64,000 nucleotides of DNA from a virus. The position numbers were made by a program, and so were the translations under genes. Each line of letters begins with the position of its first letter. Within the stretch, counting starts at the first letter, position 1. Where the stretch lies: positions 6,588 through 70,587 of IMG/VR virus record IMGVR_UViG_3300042349_000876. One strand, written 5' to 3'. Below, piece after piece: positions 46,248-55,983 of the stretch. The notes beneath the pieces are model-generated. The model saw only the letters and a program-made list of their open reading frames with translations, searched no databases and was not told the DNA's origin.

Positions 46248-47036
46248 ATGGAACAGGAGGTCCCTCAAGATCGTCCTGCTCCTGCTGTTAACAAAGAAAT
46301 CAAATATAAACCCATGGCTGCTGAAGAACCTGTACCTACACCTACTCCTATGGACGTCAATTGTAGTGATATCCTGAACCTATATCGGGATAACAACGAT
46401 CTGCGCCGCGATATCCAAGCCACTGCTGCGGATATTCGTTACGACGGTGCCTCTGCCGTTGCTGGCATCAATACCAATATTGCCGCCTCGGCTGGTAATA
46501 CCAGGTATGACATTGCCGACAAAGCCTGCGAAATCAATGGTCACACCAGCGCAGTCGGTTGGACCGTTGGCGCTCGTCTCGAAGACGCTTCGACTCGTAT
46601 TGCTGACCAAGGCACGCAGTATTTCATTGCTGCCCAGCAACAGCGTTATGCTGAAGCTATCGAACTGGCTGCTTTCCGTGCGGAGACTGAAAAGTCTTTT
46701 GACATGGTCAATGACAACATTGCCAGCGCCACTAAGATCGCTGCCCTTGAGACCCAAAAGGTCGTCATGGATGACGGTCAAGCCACTCGTGCTCTGATCA
46801 ATCAGCTAAAGACGGATGAGCTCAATCGCCTTCTGATTGAGCGTAACACCGATCTCACCTGCTGCCGCAACGACTACCATCGTGCTAACGACGGTATTGC
46901 CAACGCACAGTACGCTGCGATTGTTTCTCAGCTGAACGCTTTCCAGAGCTCCCTTTCAGAGACTCGCCAAGGAATGATCAACTTCGGCACGATGTCCGGT
47001 AACTCCCAAGCCGCGACAACAAGCCAAGTTCGTTGA
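46248..47036 (+). CDS. Coiled-coil protein, possibly structural (start 46248 or 46314)
   Basis: Heptad-rich, DGQATRALIN...CC. Confidence 0.55.
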   Translation: MEQEVPQDRPAPAVNKEIKYKPMAAEEPVPTPTPMDVNCSDILNLYRDNNDLRRDIQATAADIRYDGASAVAGINTNIAASAGNTRYDIADKACEINGHTSAVGWTVGARLEDASTRIADQGTQYFIAAQQQRYAEAIELAAFRAETEKSFDMVNDNIASATKIAALETQKVVMDDGQATRALINQLKTDELNRLLIERNTDLTCCRNDYHRANDGIANAQYAAIVSQLNAFQSSLSETRQGMINFGTMSGNSQAATTSQVR

Positions 47037-47052
47037 GTGTTGCATAACATCA

Positions 47053-47078
47053 GGGTTACGGGCAACCGTAGCCCTTTT
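47053..47078 (+). terminator. Rho-independent terminator
   Basis: GGGTTACGG-GCAA-CCGTAGCCC-TTTT. Confidence 0.7.
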
Positions 47079-47093
47079 CCCAGAGGCTCTAGA

Positions 47094-47792
47094 ATGGACA
47101 CGGCTGAACGAAAGCTCGTAGAGTTGTACAAACTACTTTCTCTCTCTCGCCTTCAAAGGAACGAAGGTCGTTCAGATGAGGAAGTTCAGACCCAGATACA
47201 TAGTTTGCAAACCGAGATATCCGACTTACTGAATAGCACCGGCGACGATATCGTCAACATTAACATAGATCCTCAAGACTGTTCCCCTGGCCCACCCGGA
47301 CCTCCTGGCCCTCCTGGCCCCCAGGGGGAGCCGGGACCCGCTGGCCCTCAAGGTGAGCCCGGACCGGAAGGTCCTCAGGGTGAACCTGGAGAAGCCGGAC
47401 CCGCTGGCCCCCAGGGCGAACCTGGACCAGCAGGACCGCAAGGTGAGCCTGGCCCAGAAGGACCCCAGGGTCCCGAGGGACCACCAGGACCCTCCGGAGG
47501 ATCTCCATATGAGTGTGTTTTAATTGATTCAGACTACAATTTCGTTGAGACCGACGAATACATCGGCGTGCAATCCAAAAAACCGGTAACGGTTACATTA
47601 TTAGATAATCCACCGGAAGGTTCCCATGTCACAATTAAGCTTGAAATGGGACCCCCCATCGGAAACCGTAAAGTAACCGTCAAGACCCAGGGAGGCTCGT
47701 TTATCGACGGAGCACCTACCAAGGTTCTAGAAGAACCGTATGAGTACGTTACCGTCCTGTTTAGGGGCGGAAATTGGCACATTATCGGTTAA
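47094..47792 (+). CDS. Collagen triple-helix protein
   Basis: More than 20 uninterrupted Gly-X-Y triplets (GPP/GPQ/GEP); C-terminal beta domain. Confidence 0.85.
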   Translation: MDTAERKLVELYKLLSLSRLQRNEGRSDEEVQTQIHSLQTEISDLLNSTGDDIVNINIDPQDCSPGPPGPPGPPGPQGEPGPAGPQGEPGPEGPQGEPGEAGPAGPQGEPGPAGPQGEPGPEGPQGPEGPPGPSGGSPYECVLIDSDYNFVETDEYIGVQSKKPVTVTLLDNPPEGSHVTIKLEMGPPIGNRKVTVKTQGGSFIDGAPTKVLEEPYEYVTVLFRGGNWHIIG

Positions 47793-47797
47793 AAATT

Positions 47798-47953
47798 ATG
47801 GGTTATTATTGTAATTATCCTAACTACAATTACTGGAATTACAACTGTAATTGCTATTGCCCACCTTACTATTCGCGTCGCAGAAGAAACTGTCGACCTC
47901 CCTATTACCCTCCGATTGTTAATCCTTACTTTTACAACCCTTGGTGTTGCTAA
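47798..47953 (+). CDS. Tyr/Cys/Pro/Asn-rich 51-aa peptide
   Basis: MGYYCNYPNYNYWNYNCNCYCPPYYSRRRRNCRPPYYPPIVNPYFYNPWCC*, 5 nt after collagen stop. Confidence 0.55.
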   Translation: MGYYCNYPNYNYWNYNCNCYCPPYYSRRRRNCRPPYYPPIVNPYFYNPWCC

Positions 47954-48027
47954 AGTGATGCGAATCTGTTTTTTGTTTTTCTTTTGTTTTTAACAAGCTA
48001 AAATAAACCGCCTGAAGGTTATTGGGG

Positions 48028-48426
48028 ATGAAACCTTTTTCTTATTATAATTCGACAATTACTTGGCCAAATAAAACCGATTACACGGTTTATTATTACT
48101 ACCGTCAAGGAAAGATGATTTGTATGAGAAGGCCATTCTCCGAAGATTTATCCAAACCTGAGGATGCTACGGAGGAAGCGGTATTTGACGAGAAAAGTTT
48201 CGAAATGCATAAACAAAAGTATTTCGAAGAAATGGACCGGGTCAAAGAAGAATTTAAACAAGATTTACTAGATTATTACGGTCTCAAGAACCATAAAGCG
48301 GCAAACGAATGCTTTTCGTTAGCCACCAAGTACGGGGGGGTTGCAGGGCACGAAGGGGTGTTTCAGATATTTGGGGAATTAACAGAGTTATTACTACAAA
48401 GTGAAGAACAATTATGCCAAGAGTAA
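48028..48426 (+). CDS. Hypothetical protein
   Basis: ORF track. Confidence 0.5.
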   Translation: MKPFSYYNSTITWPNKTDYTVYYYYRQGKMICMRRPFSEDLSKPEDATEEAVFDEKSFEMHKQKYFEEMDRVKEEFKQDLLDYYGLKNHKAANECFSLATKYGGVAGHEGVFQIFGELTELLLQSEEQLCQE

Positions 48427-48707
48427 ATCAACCCAGAACAATTGACCAAGCTACAATGGCTAAACTCGTGGAACAACCGCCTGAGCCACCGGAATCAGTC
48501 TCTGAGGAAATGGAAGAAAGCAACGAAGAAAAAATTGTCGTCGTGAAGATCCCTTCTCGATACACCGAAGACAAAGTTAAAACTCTCATGGAGAGTATGG
48601 TTAACCAATTCAGCGATTCCGGTTACCGCCCGATTTTTGCTCCCAATGAAGTGGATGTTTACCTGCTCGGTCAAACTCCGCCTCCGAACGACCCCCGCCG
48701 TTGGTGA
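48414..48707 (+). CDS. Hypothetical protein
   Basis: ORF track. Confidence 0.45.
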   Translation: MPRVNQPRTIDQATMAKLVEQPPEPPESVSEEMEESNEEKIVVVKIPSRYTEDKVKTLMESMVNQFSDSGYRPIFAPNEVDVYLLGQTPPPNDPRRW

Positions 48708-48755
48708 CTTACTCGTTTAAAATTCTGCTAAATTGAGTTTAATTCTCGCACTATC

Positions 48756-48923
48756 ATGACCACGACAGAAAACTACTATTACACGAAAGGTGCGCTCGAT
48801 TACCGAGACCAACTTCTCGAAGCATTAAGCCAAATGCGTTCTGTTCCCGAAACGGAATTTGCCCTTAGATTTGTTCGCTCCACTTTCCCAAAAGAGGTCG
48901 AGCCCAGAGTCGTCCTTAACTGA
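48756..48923 (+). CDS. Small hypothetical protein
   Basis: 55 aa read manually. Confidence 0.4.
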   Translation: MTTTENYYYTKGALDYRDQLLEALSQMRSVPETEFALRFVRSTFPKEVEPRVVLN

Positions 48924-48942
48924 TTCGGTATCCCGAATTTTT

Positions 48943-48988
48943 GGTTCGGTTATCCCCCCTTTACTTTTGGGGGGATTTTTTGTATGCT
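48943..48988 (+). promoter_or_regulatory. GGTTCGG-class promoter (other copies at 50072, 50841, 51149/51171, 52177, 56466, 57362, 58291, 61795)
   Basis: GGTTCGGTWAYCC, -35 TTTACN, 17 nt, TANNNT, usually 6 nt then ATG. Confidence 0.8.
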
Positions 48989-48994
48989 AATACT

Positions 48995-50071
48995 ATGGAA
49001 AACTACCTGCGTCACAACCTGCTAAACTACCTGAACTACTTCGGGCTGGAGCCGCTGGCGGACAAAGACATCCGGGTGTCGAAGGACGAACGGTACCCGA
49101 ACCTGTACAACCTGAAGTACGGTTCGATCCTGGCCGACAAAAACGACCCGGTCGTATGCGCTTGCCGTGGAGCCGTGGTGGAAGACCTTGGTGGCCGCTT
49201 TGAACTGGTGGCTTACGCTTTTGACCGGTTCTTTAACCTGGGTGAATCTCAGGCGGCAGAAATCCATTGGCCTTCGGCCAAAGTGTACGAAAAGTATGAC
49301 GGTTCGTTAATCAAGCTGTTCTATTGGAACGGACAATGGGTTGTTTCCACGTCTGGGTCCGTTGGCGGTGCCGGAAACGTTGGTGAATCAAATAAAACGT
49401 TCGAAGAGCTGTTCTGGGAAACGTTTGATTACCTCGAGTACAAACAGTCGGACTTGGATACGGATAATTGCTACATCTTCGAGTTGTGCTCGCAGTACAA
49501 CCGCATCGTGGTTGATTACCAAGAGCCGGAACTTCGGTTGCTGGCAGTGCGTGACCGTCGCGAGGATTTTAACGAGCTTCCTTTGGAAGATTTCTCAAAA
49601 TCTTTTGACATTGCCCGGTCATATGACATACAATCGTCTAAGATTCTGCAGAAAGTTAATGAGCGGGGAGCCCAGCATGAAGGGTTCATCGTGGTTGACA
49701 AAGACGGAAACCGGATTAAAGTTAAGTCAGATGTTTACGTGCAACTGCACCGTGTTCGCGGTAATGGTGAGCCGGATTTCTCCGAGCTTTATTTGAATGA
49801 TGACCTTGAGGAGTTTTTGCTTCACTTCCCAGATTACCGTCAAAAATTCCAACCGTATCTAGATAAACTAGATGAGTTGAAGGAACAAGTCAACTTTGTA
49901 GTGAAAAATCTGCAGAATCTTTCTCAAAAAGAATTTGCGGCCGAAGTGCTGGCTAAATATCCTAATGTGTCTGGGGCTATGTTTGCAGTACGTGCAGAAA
50001 AGTCTAGAGATTTTTCTCATTATTTGGAGAACATGTTACCAAAACAATTGGATAGAATCCTTGGGATCTGA
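48995..50071 (+). CDS. RNA ligase, T4 Rnl1-like
   Basis: CRG, FDRFFN.GE, EKYDGS (motif I), IFEL, EGFIV, RIKVK. Confidence 0.88.
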   Translation: MENYLRHNLLNYLNYFGLEPLADKDIRVSKDERYPNLYNLKYGSILADKNDPVVCACRGAVVEDLGGRFELVAYAFDRFFNLGESQAAEIHWPSAKVYEKYDGSLIKLFYWNGQWVVSTSGSVGGAGNVGESNKTFEELFWETFDYLEYKQSDLDTDNCYIFELCSQYNRIVVDYQEPELRLLAVRDRREDFNELPLEDFSKSFDIARSYDIQSSKILQKVNERGAQHEGFIVVDKDGNRIKVKSDVYVQLHRVRGNGEPDFSELYLNDDLEEFLLHFPDYRQKFQPYLDKLDELKEQVNFVVKNLQNLSQKEFAAEVLAKYPNVSGAMFAVRAEKSRDFSHYLENMLPKQLDRILGI

Positions 50072-50123
50072 GGTTCGGTTATCCGAACTTTACGGACAGC
50101 CGTTTAGGTTCTATAGTTAGAGT

Positions 50124-50840
50124 ATGAACAACTACGCACTAATTGGAGACCTGCATAGCCAGGTTGCGCCTCTCATTGAATCTTTGCTTTACTGTCGTGA
50201 AAACGATCTGACACCTGTTTTCTTGGGTGACGTTTTCGATTCGCGTTGCGATAGTTCTAATTCTGTCAGGGTTTATCGCATCCTAAGAAAAGCGCAGAAA
50301 GATTTTCCAGGGATGCAAATTCTACGGTCTAATCACCAAGATAAACTCGAGCGCTGGTTAAAAGGCAATTCTGTTAAAGTCATGTCGGAACTTCAGCGTA
50401 CGATCGACGAGTTCGCCCTGAGCGATGTTCCCTCTGCCGAACTTCTTGAGTGGTTGGAGTCTCTTCCTTACGGGTTCTGTTTTCGTAATGAAAACGGTAA
50501 GGAGTACCGTTGCTCTCACGCTTTCTTTCCTGGTTGGGTCGATGTTCCCCCTTACGAGAACACGGTCACGATCTACGACGTGCCAAAGAAAGCCAAGCAG
50601 CTTATGATGTACGGTCCCTCCCATACCGACCACCGAGGTCGAGTTTTCTGGTGGAACAACCCTGGTGAACGCGACTGGGTCCGGGTCGCCGGTCATTACC
50701 ACGTGGTTCATACTGACGAAAAGTCTCTGGTTCTGGACGCTGGTTGCGGCGGTAAAGAACGGTCTTGGTTCTGCTCTGAACCCCCTGCCTTGGTTCTGTG
50801 GGACACCGCTCGCAACGGTCTCGTTGAGTTTAGTGTGTAA
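50124..50840 (+). CDS. Calcineurin-like metallophosphoesterase
   Basis: IGDLH, LGDVFD, SNH, HA, GHYH, LDAGC. Confidence 0.85.
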   Translation: MNNYALIGDLHSQVAPLIESLLYCRENDLTPVFLGDVFDSRCDSSNSVRVYRILRKAQKDFPGMQILRSNHQDKLERWLKGNSVKVMSELQRTIDEFALSDVPSAELLEWLESLPYGFCFRNENGKEYRCSHAFFPGWVDVPPYENTVTIYDVPKKAKQLMMYGPSHTDHRGRVFWWNNPGERDWVRVAGHYHVVHTDEKSLVLDAGCGGKERSWFCSEPPALVLWDTARNGLVEFSV

Positions 50841-50892
50841 GGTTCGGTAACCCGACCTTTACGGACCGGTCGAGAGCGTGTATGATTATAGT

Positions 50893-51144
50893 ATGAAAGT
50901 TCAAAACCGCCCGTCCATCGACTTCGGCACCAACCCGGTGCTTCTAGCCCAACTAACTGATATGCAGCTAGAGGATCTGTGGGATCGAGCCAACATCTCG
51001 GGCAACTATGATTGCACTGATGCTGTCATCGCCGAACTGCTTCATCGCCCTACCTTTTGCCCTGTTTCCTACGACCTGCTCTGGGAACTGCAGGACAACG
51101 GTTGGAACGGGGGAGTCACTCAGGAGGAACGGGACGCCCGCTGA
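50893..51144 (+). CDS. Early hypothetical protein
   Basis: ATG 6 nt after -10 box. Confidence 0.55.
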   Translation: MKVQNRPSIDFGTNPVLLAQLTDMQLEDLWDRANISGNYDCTDAVIAELLHRPTFCPVSYDLLWELQDNGWNGGVTQEERDAR

Positions 51145-51221
51145 GCAAGGTTCGGTTATCCGAACCAAATGGTTCGGTTTACCCCCTTTACTTTTGACCT
51201 TGCACAAGGTATCATATTAGT

Positions 51222-51485
51222 ATGGAAAACGATCTGACTACCTTCATCTCACCCCAAACGGGCACCGTGTACGAAATCCAGCCAGAAACCTTGTGGCGTA
51301 TGGCAGGCGGTATTCTTGAAGGTTGTCCCATGTACCGTGAAGAATATACACAGTACAATGTTTTGCTTAACGGTAAGCAAGTTCAATTCTGCTTCAACCT
51401 AAGCTCCATCCCTGAAGCAGTTTCTCGTTACGAGAACCCTGTCACTAAATCTCAGTACGAGATTCTTCACTCCCGGTACGATTGA
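51222..51485 (+). CDS. Early hypothetical protein
   Basis: ATG 6 nt after -10 box. Confidence 0.55.
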   Translation: MENDLTTFISPQTGTVYEIQPETLWRMAGGILEGCPMYREEYTQYNVLLNGKQVQFCFNLSSIPEAVSRYENPVTKSQYEILHSRYD

Positions 51486-51492
51486 TTCAAAC

Positions 51493-51735
51493 ATGAACGA
51501 AACTTCTTCCAACGACTTTGATTTCTCTGATATGACAGGAATTGATATTCACGGGCTTGTGGCCTCTCGACTCGAGGATATGGCCGATCAAGTTGAATAC
51601 TTGGTATCTGTGGGTAGGCACAAAGATGCCGAGGTGCTGCGAAAAGAAGGTCTGGAGCTTGCCGATTTTTGCGACGGTGATAACGTGTTCCTTTATGTCA
51701 ACCAAAGCGGATTCCCGCTGAGCTCATTCGACTAA
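51493..51735 (+). CDS. Acidic hypothetical protein
   Basis: ORF track. Confidence 0.5.
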   Translation: MNETSSNDFDFSDMTGIDIHGLVASRLEDMADQVEYLVSVGRHKDAEVLRKEGLELADFCDGDNVFLYVNQSGFPLSSFD

Positions 51736-51746
51736 GATTTCGACAA

Positions 51747-51971
51747 ATGCGCACTTACAACAAGAGTTATAAATCTTTTATCGGATCCTCGATCGAAGGT
51801 AAATCACCCGCCTATGTTGTCGGGTTTACAATTGCATTTCTGGTTTTTGCTGCCTCTGTTCTGCTGATTAAAGCCTGGCTGTTTCAATTGATTCTGTCCT
51901 GGTTTGCAGTTAAATTGCTGCTGTGGCAGTGTGCTTTGCTCATTATTTTTATTGAGTCTTTCCTCCCGTGA
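51747..51971 (+). CDS. Small membrane protein
   Basis: Two hydrophobic segments. Confidence 0.5.
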   Translation: MRTYNKSYKSFIGSSIEGKSPAYVVGFTIAFLVFAASVLLIKAWLFQLILSWFAVKLLLWQCALLIIFIESFLP

Positions 51972-52186
51972 AATTTGTTATTTTTTCTGCAGTTTGCCTC
52001 GGTGTAGGCCAAGTTGCCTTAGCCCAGTCTCTCCCGGTCCTTCGGCAAGGTCAGTGCCCTACAGGCACTTACACCTCTGGCTCCTCCTGCGTTCCGGTTA
52101 ACGGCGCTCAGGTGTACTACAACGGTGGTGGCCCCTGTCCTGTCGGCTGGACCTCGAGCAAGAACTACTGCGTACGGGTTCGGTAA
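51968..52186 (+). CDS. Small secreted Cys-repeat protein
   Basis: Signal peptide; G.CP.G...S...CV twice. Confidence 0.55.
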   Translation: MKFVIFSAVCLGVGQVALAQSLPVLRQGQCPTGTYTSGSSCVPVNGAQVYYNGGGPCPVGWTSSKNYCVRVR

Positions 52187-52256
52187 ACCCTACTTTACTT
52201 CTCCCGGGGAACCCTCTATAGTATATACAGATAAGAAACCACTGAAAGAAACAACC

Positions 52257-53090
52257 ATGCCTGCTTTTGCCGTCGCCGATAACCTTGATTGGACCGTTAG
52301 CCATCGCCCTTTGTACTTCACGGGTAACGACGGTCAACCTGTTGCCTGGGATAACCAAGTGGCTGTGGTCAGGGATGACACTGGCCGCTGCCTGGGTTCA
52401 GTCTCGTCCGATTACGAAACCCTGCAAAACTCTGATTTGCTGAAACTGGTGCAGCCTCTCGTAGACGAAGGTCTGCTGACACTGGAAAACATGGGTCACC
52501 TTAATCATGGTGCTCGGGTTTTCGCTCAGGCCAAAGTCAACCAGGAGTACACCGTAATCGGTGAGTCCTATAAAGGTTACATTTCTCTGCTAAACGGTCA
52601 CGTTGGCAACTGCGCGGTGGCCATCGGTTCGACCATGACTCGCGTTATTTGCGGAAACACTTTTGCTGCTGCCTATTCTGACATTAGCGAGCGTTACCGC
52701 CATTCTCAAGGTGTAACCGAACGGGTGCTGGATAGCAAATTCGTCCTCGATTACGTCAATGGGGCAATGAGCCAGTACGCCGAGTACATGGAGAAAATCG
52801 CGGGTGCCCGCTGTACCGCCGGTCAGTTTACCGAGTTTGTTGAAAAAGTCTACAACAAAAAACCACAGTCGATGCGCGATTCATTCATCTCTCAGCTGAA
52901 TAACCTGTTCTATAACGGAAAAGGTAACGAGGGTCGCACGTACCACGACGCCTTTAATGCGATTACGGAGTACGCTTCAAACTACTCACGCAAAACTGCC
53001 TCCGGTCGTTTCCTGTACGCCCAATTCGGCCAAGGTGCTCGGGTGAACAATCGTGCCCTGCGTGCCGCCCTCGAGCTGGCTACCGTCTAA
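52257..53090 (+). CDS. DUF932 / TIGR03299-like protein
   Basis: LDWTV...VVR.D....LG.V...Y..LQN, RVIC.NT, RH, AFNAITEY. Confidence 0.8.
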   Translation: MPAFAVADNLDWTVSHRPLYFTGNDGQPVAWDNQVAVVRDDTGRCLGSVSSDYETLQNSDLLKLVQPLVDEGLLTLENMGHLNHGARVFAQAKVNQEYTVIGESYKGYISLLNGHVGNCAVAIGSTMTRVICGNTFAAAYSDISERYRHSQGVTERVLDSKFVLDYVNGAMSQYAEYMEKIAGARCTAGQFTEFVEKVYNKKPQSMRDSFISQLNNLFYNGKGNEGRTYHDAFNAITEYASNYSRKTASGRFLYAQFGQGARVNNRALRAALELATV

Positions 53091-53143
53091 GGTAAAATAA
53101 GGGTGGTCAACCCACCCTCTTAAGACAACAACCTGAACTAGCT

Positions 53144-53398
53144 ATGGAAATATGTTTCACCTCGCTCGCCCCAACCGAGCAAAAAATTAAAGTTACGGAA
53201 GCAGAGCTAAAACACGCTCAAAACGTCGTGAACCGTTACTTCCTGCACATGCTGCCCCATATCGATTGGGACATGCGAACTTTTCAGTACCAGCCGGATA
53301 AACAAGCATTGAAGGAGCTCGCTGAACAGTACGGTGCTACACCCGACCACAAACCCAGCATTGAATCTTTTTACAGGGCAATTCTTCAAGCGGAGTAG
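53144..53398 (+). CDS. Hypothetical protein
   Basis: ORF track. Confidence 0.5.
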   Translation: MEICFTSLAPTEQKIKVTEAELKHAQNVVNRYFLHMLPHIDWDMRTFQYQPDKQALKELAEQYGATPDHKPSIESFYRAILQAE

Positions 53399-53402
53399 TT
53401 AA

Positions 53403-53879
53403 ATGACCCTAGATTCTCAACTTATCGTCCGTTTAGCAGACGGTGCCTTGGAAGAGGGACCGTATCGAACTTTGTTTCGTGTTGCCAACGATCAGTTTGC
53501 AATGAACAATAGAAATTATACGGAGTTTGATAGCTACAACAAAATTTGGTCTCGAACCAGTGACGATAGAGTCTTTGGGTACGTCCGTGTCGGAGATTAC
53601 GGAGACACAGATATTATTGCAAAAAACCCTTGGATGGGTTGGCCATGGTTCAAGATCGGGTGGTCTGAATACCAAAGTTTCAATATGGGGTCTATGCAGA
53701 CCGTAGGTGGAGAAAACATTGCTTCTTATGGATACTCGTTCCTATGGAGGTGCACCCGTTTCCCTGACGATTGGGACTACACTATTGATGGAAAAGCACT
53801 ACCCGACGAAGTCCCTCGAGTTTACGCTAAACACTTTTTATTTGAATTCGTCAAAAGAACAGAATGGCACTCACGATAA
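53403..53879 (+). CDS. Hypothetical protein
   Basis: ORF track. Confidence 0.5.
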   Translation: MTLDSQLIVRLADGALEEGPYRTLFRVANDQFAMNNRNYTEFDSYNKIWSRTSDDRVFGYVRVGDYGDTDIIAKNPWMGWPWFKIGWSEYQSFNMGSMQTVGGENIASYGYSFLWRCTRFPDDWDYTIDGKALPDEVPRVYAKHFLFEFVKRTEWHSR

Positions 53880-54358
53880 CCCACCTCAGCACCCGCTACT
53901 GCAACACCGAAGGGTGGTTTAACGACGGAACATCAATCGAGAACTGCCCTTACATCGTGGTAAATTGCACGTTCAAATGCTCTCGGGATGGTGCTGACGG
54001 ATCCTACAACTACGCCTGGGGCATTGCCAAAGGGGAGACAGAAGAGTATAAAAAAGTTCTTACTATCGATGACCCGAAACGTTATGAGGCATGGATCTCA
54101 GACTGGGACTTGAATGGCAAATCTAAGTATCCGGGATATGGCCGAGCATGGATTCATCACGATCAACCTTGGTACTACTTGGAAAAGTTTGACACGTTCT
54201 GGTTAAGGGAGTGGATTGCTGATTGCGGTCCTACCCGCGCCATCCTTCACGAGTTGGAATACTACAAGAAACACGGAAAGTTACCTTCAGTTTACCGTGC
54301 AGCAGACGAAGGTATAATACTCTCGCACTTGGAAACGTTGCAGCGCTATTGGGACTGA
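53864..54358 (+). CDS. Hypothetical protein
   Basis: ORF track. Confidence 0.5.
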   Translation: MALTITHLSTRYCNTEGWFNDGTSIENCPYIVVNCTFKCSRDGADGSYNYAWGIAKGETEEYKKVLTIDDPKRYEAWISDWDLNGKSKYPGYGRAWIHHDQPWYYLEKFDTFWLREWIADCGPTRAILHELEYYKKHGKLPSVYRAADEGIILSHLETLQRYWD

Positions 54359-54543
54359 TGTCATTCTGGAAATGGTTTACCACTCGATTTCACCGTCACG
54401 AGTGGGAAGTTTACAGGGAGATGCCGCTTAACGTCTATGAGAATGGGTTTGTCGGGGATGAGTCTCGCATTAGGAGAACCGGAGTGCGGTACATTCTTCG
54501 CTGTAAAATCTGCGGTGAGATGAAGTGGAAGGACATGCTATGA
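54358..54543 (+). CDS. Small hypothetical protein
   Basis: H.HEW...RCKICG; TGATG coupling. Confidence 0.45.
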   Translation: MSFWKWFTTRFHRHEWEVYREMPLNVYENGFVGDESRIRRTGVRYILRCKICGEMKWKDML

Positions 54544-54809
54544 GTACGCCAGAATCAGACGCTCCTGATTGTTGCCGACGGTCCTTTGCTGCTTCAATCA
54601 AAGATACTGCAAAGAGACTACTTGAGGATCCTACGGTTGCCCCTCGATCGGTTCACAATGAGCGCATGGTTATTTGCCAGTCTTGTGAACGGTATCTGGC
54701 AGACAGTCAAACTTGTGAAATCTGCCGATGCTACATGCCACTCAAGACAACAATGGCAAATATGAAATGCCCCATCGATAAATGGTCGGAGTGGAAACGT
54801 GGTGATTGA
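54540..54809 (+). CDS. DUF6171-like zinc-binding protein
   Basis: R..IC.SC...C.IC.C....K......CP..KW. Confidence 0.65.
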   Translation: MSTPESDAPDCCRRSFAASIKDTAKRLLEDPTVAPRSVHNERMVICQSCERYLADSQTCEICRCYMPLKTTMANMKCPIDKWSEWKRGD

Positions 54810-55071
54810 AAAACTTTCGATTCTGGTTAATCCTGCCAGTAAAATGGAAGATTTCTTGAAATTGGAAGAAAAACTGTGGACCCCTTGGCTTCGTCAACAA
54901 GAAGGTTTCATTCAGAAAACTCTCGATAAACTACCAAATGGTAGAGTTGATGTGAGAATTTTTTGGCGATCTCAGCAAGATTGGGACAACGCAGCCAAGA
55001 AAAAAGCAGAAATTTCGGTTATTGAAACCCGAGCCAAAAACGAGTTGGGGGCAGTTTACCAGATTCTCTGA
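54799..55071 (+). CDS. TIGR03792-like (ABM-fold) protein
   Basis: VIE.L...F...E...WT.WL..Q.GF..K...I.W.S...W. Confidence 0.6.
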   Translation: MVIEKLSILVNPASKMEDFLKLEEKLWTPWLRQQEGFIQKTLDKLPNGRVDVRIFWRSQQDWDNAAKKKAEISVIETRAKNELGAVYQIL

Positions 55072-55082
55072 TACAGTATAAT

Positions 55083-55156
55083 GGGGGTGTAGCTCAGTGG
55101 AACAGAGCAATGCTCTTCTAAAGCATTGGTCGAAGGTTCGAATCCTTCCGCCCTCG
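55083..55156 (+). tRNA. tRNA-Arg(UCU)
   Basis: ATGCT-CTTCTAA-AGCAT, canonical D and T arms. Confidence 0.9.
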
Positions 55157-55159
55157 TAT

Positions 55160-55249
55160 GCGCCGTTAGCTCAATGGTAGAGCGGTGAGCTTATACCTCA
55201 TGATCCCCAGATTAGGGAACGGTTGGGGGTTCGAGTCCCTCACGGCGCA
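55160..55249 (+). tRNA. tRNA-Ile(UAU) with long variable arm
   Basis: GCGCCGT/ACGGCGC, loop CTTATAC, extra arm TCCC..GGGA. Confidence 0.8.
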
Positions 55250-55253
55250 CCTA

Positions 55254-55326
55254 GCCCGTGTAGTCCAGCGGAAGAGACAGAGGACTTAAAATCCTTCCAG
55301 GGTCGGTTCGAATCCGACCACGGGCA
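55254..55326 (+). tRNA. tRNA-Leu(UAA) with short variable loop
   Basis: GCCCGTG/CACGGGC, loop CTTAAAA. Confidence 0.85.
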
Positions 55327-55329
55327 TAA

Positions 55330-55416
55330 GGAGGAACAAACCGATTGGCGACGGTACCTGTCTTGAAAACAGTTGAGGTGTTAAAGCCCTTGGGCGTTCG
55401 ACTCGCCCTTCCTCCG
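55330..55416 (+). tRNA. tRNA-Ser(UGA)
   Basis: GGAGGAA/TTCCTCC, loop CTTGAAA, long variable arm, C at position 8. Confidence 0.85.
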
Positions 55417-55502
55417 CTAAAGTTTACTATTTAAAAGTAAGCTATATTGATTTTAGCGAGGAAACTCGCAAAAGTTTTTGTTCAAAATTTAACCTCTATA
55501 AC

Positions 55503-55721
55503 ATGGCTATTGACAACCGTAAAGACCTCACCGATGTTTTGATTGCTCGAGTGATTGAAAATGCTCCCATCCGGGAAGTGTTGCGTGTTTACAGCGAAGC
55601 TGTAACCTCGGCTGTTGCAAACCTTTCTGACGAAGACCTAGTTCGCTCAATTGCACAATCCGGGTATAACGACCTGATTGAAACTTTTGGTCTTACCTTG
55701 CCCGAAGTAATTGCTGAGTAA
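55503..55721 (+). CDS. Hypothetical protein
   Basis: ORF track. Confidence 0.5.
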   Translation: MAIDNRKDLTDVLIARVIENAPIREVLRVYSEAVTSAVANLSDEDLVRSIAQSGYNDLIETFGLTLPEVIAE

Positions 55722-55912
55722 TGGAAATCCTTACTGTTTACGTTATAATGGCGTATAAATCGCTGGACGAGGCTAAAAAGCCAGTGTATGACACTGATAC
55801 CTTAGGCGTTTTTAGATACGAGCAAGCAGCGATTGAAGGGTACGAAGACATGTTCAATGAAGACGGATCCGAATATATCGGTTACACTGTATTCGAGACA
55901 ACCGTATCCTAA
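55721..55912 (+). CDS. Hypothetical protein
   Basis: TAATG coupling. Confidence 0.5.
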   Translation: MEILTVYVIMAYKSLDEAKKPVYDTDTLGVFRYEQAAIEGYEDMFNEDGSEYIGYTVFETTVS

Positions 55913-55983
55913 TTAAAAACACAGTTAAACTCACTCTTAGGGCGGATTCTCGATCTTCGGGAACCGCCTTTTATTGTGCTAGT

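Noticed and set aside
47285-47495. GC-rich tandem DNA repeat
   Set aside because: Explained by collagen Gly-X-Y coding with variable third positions
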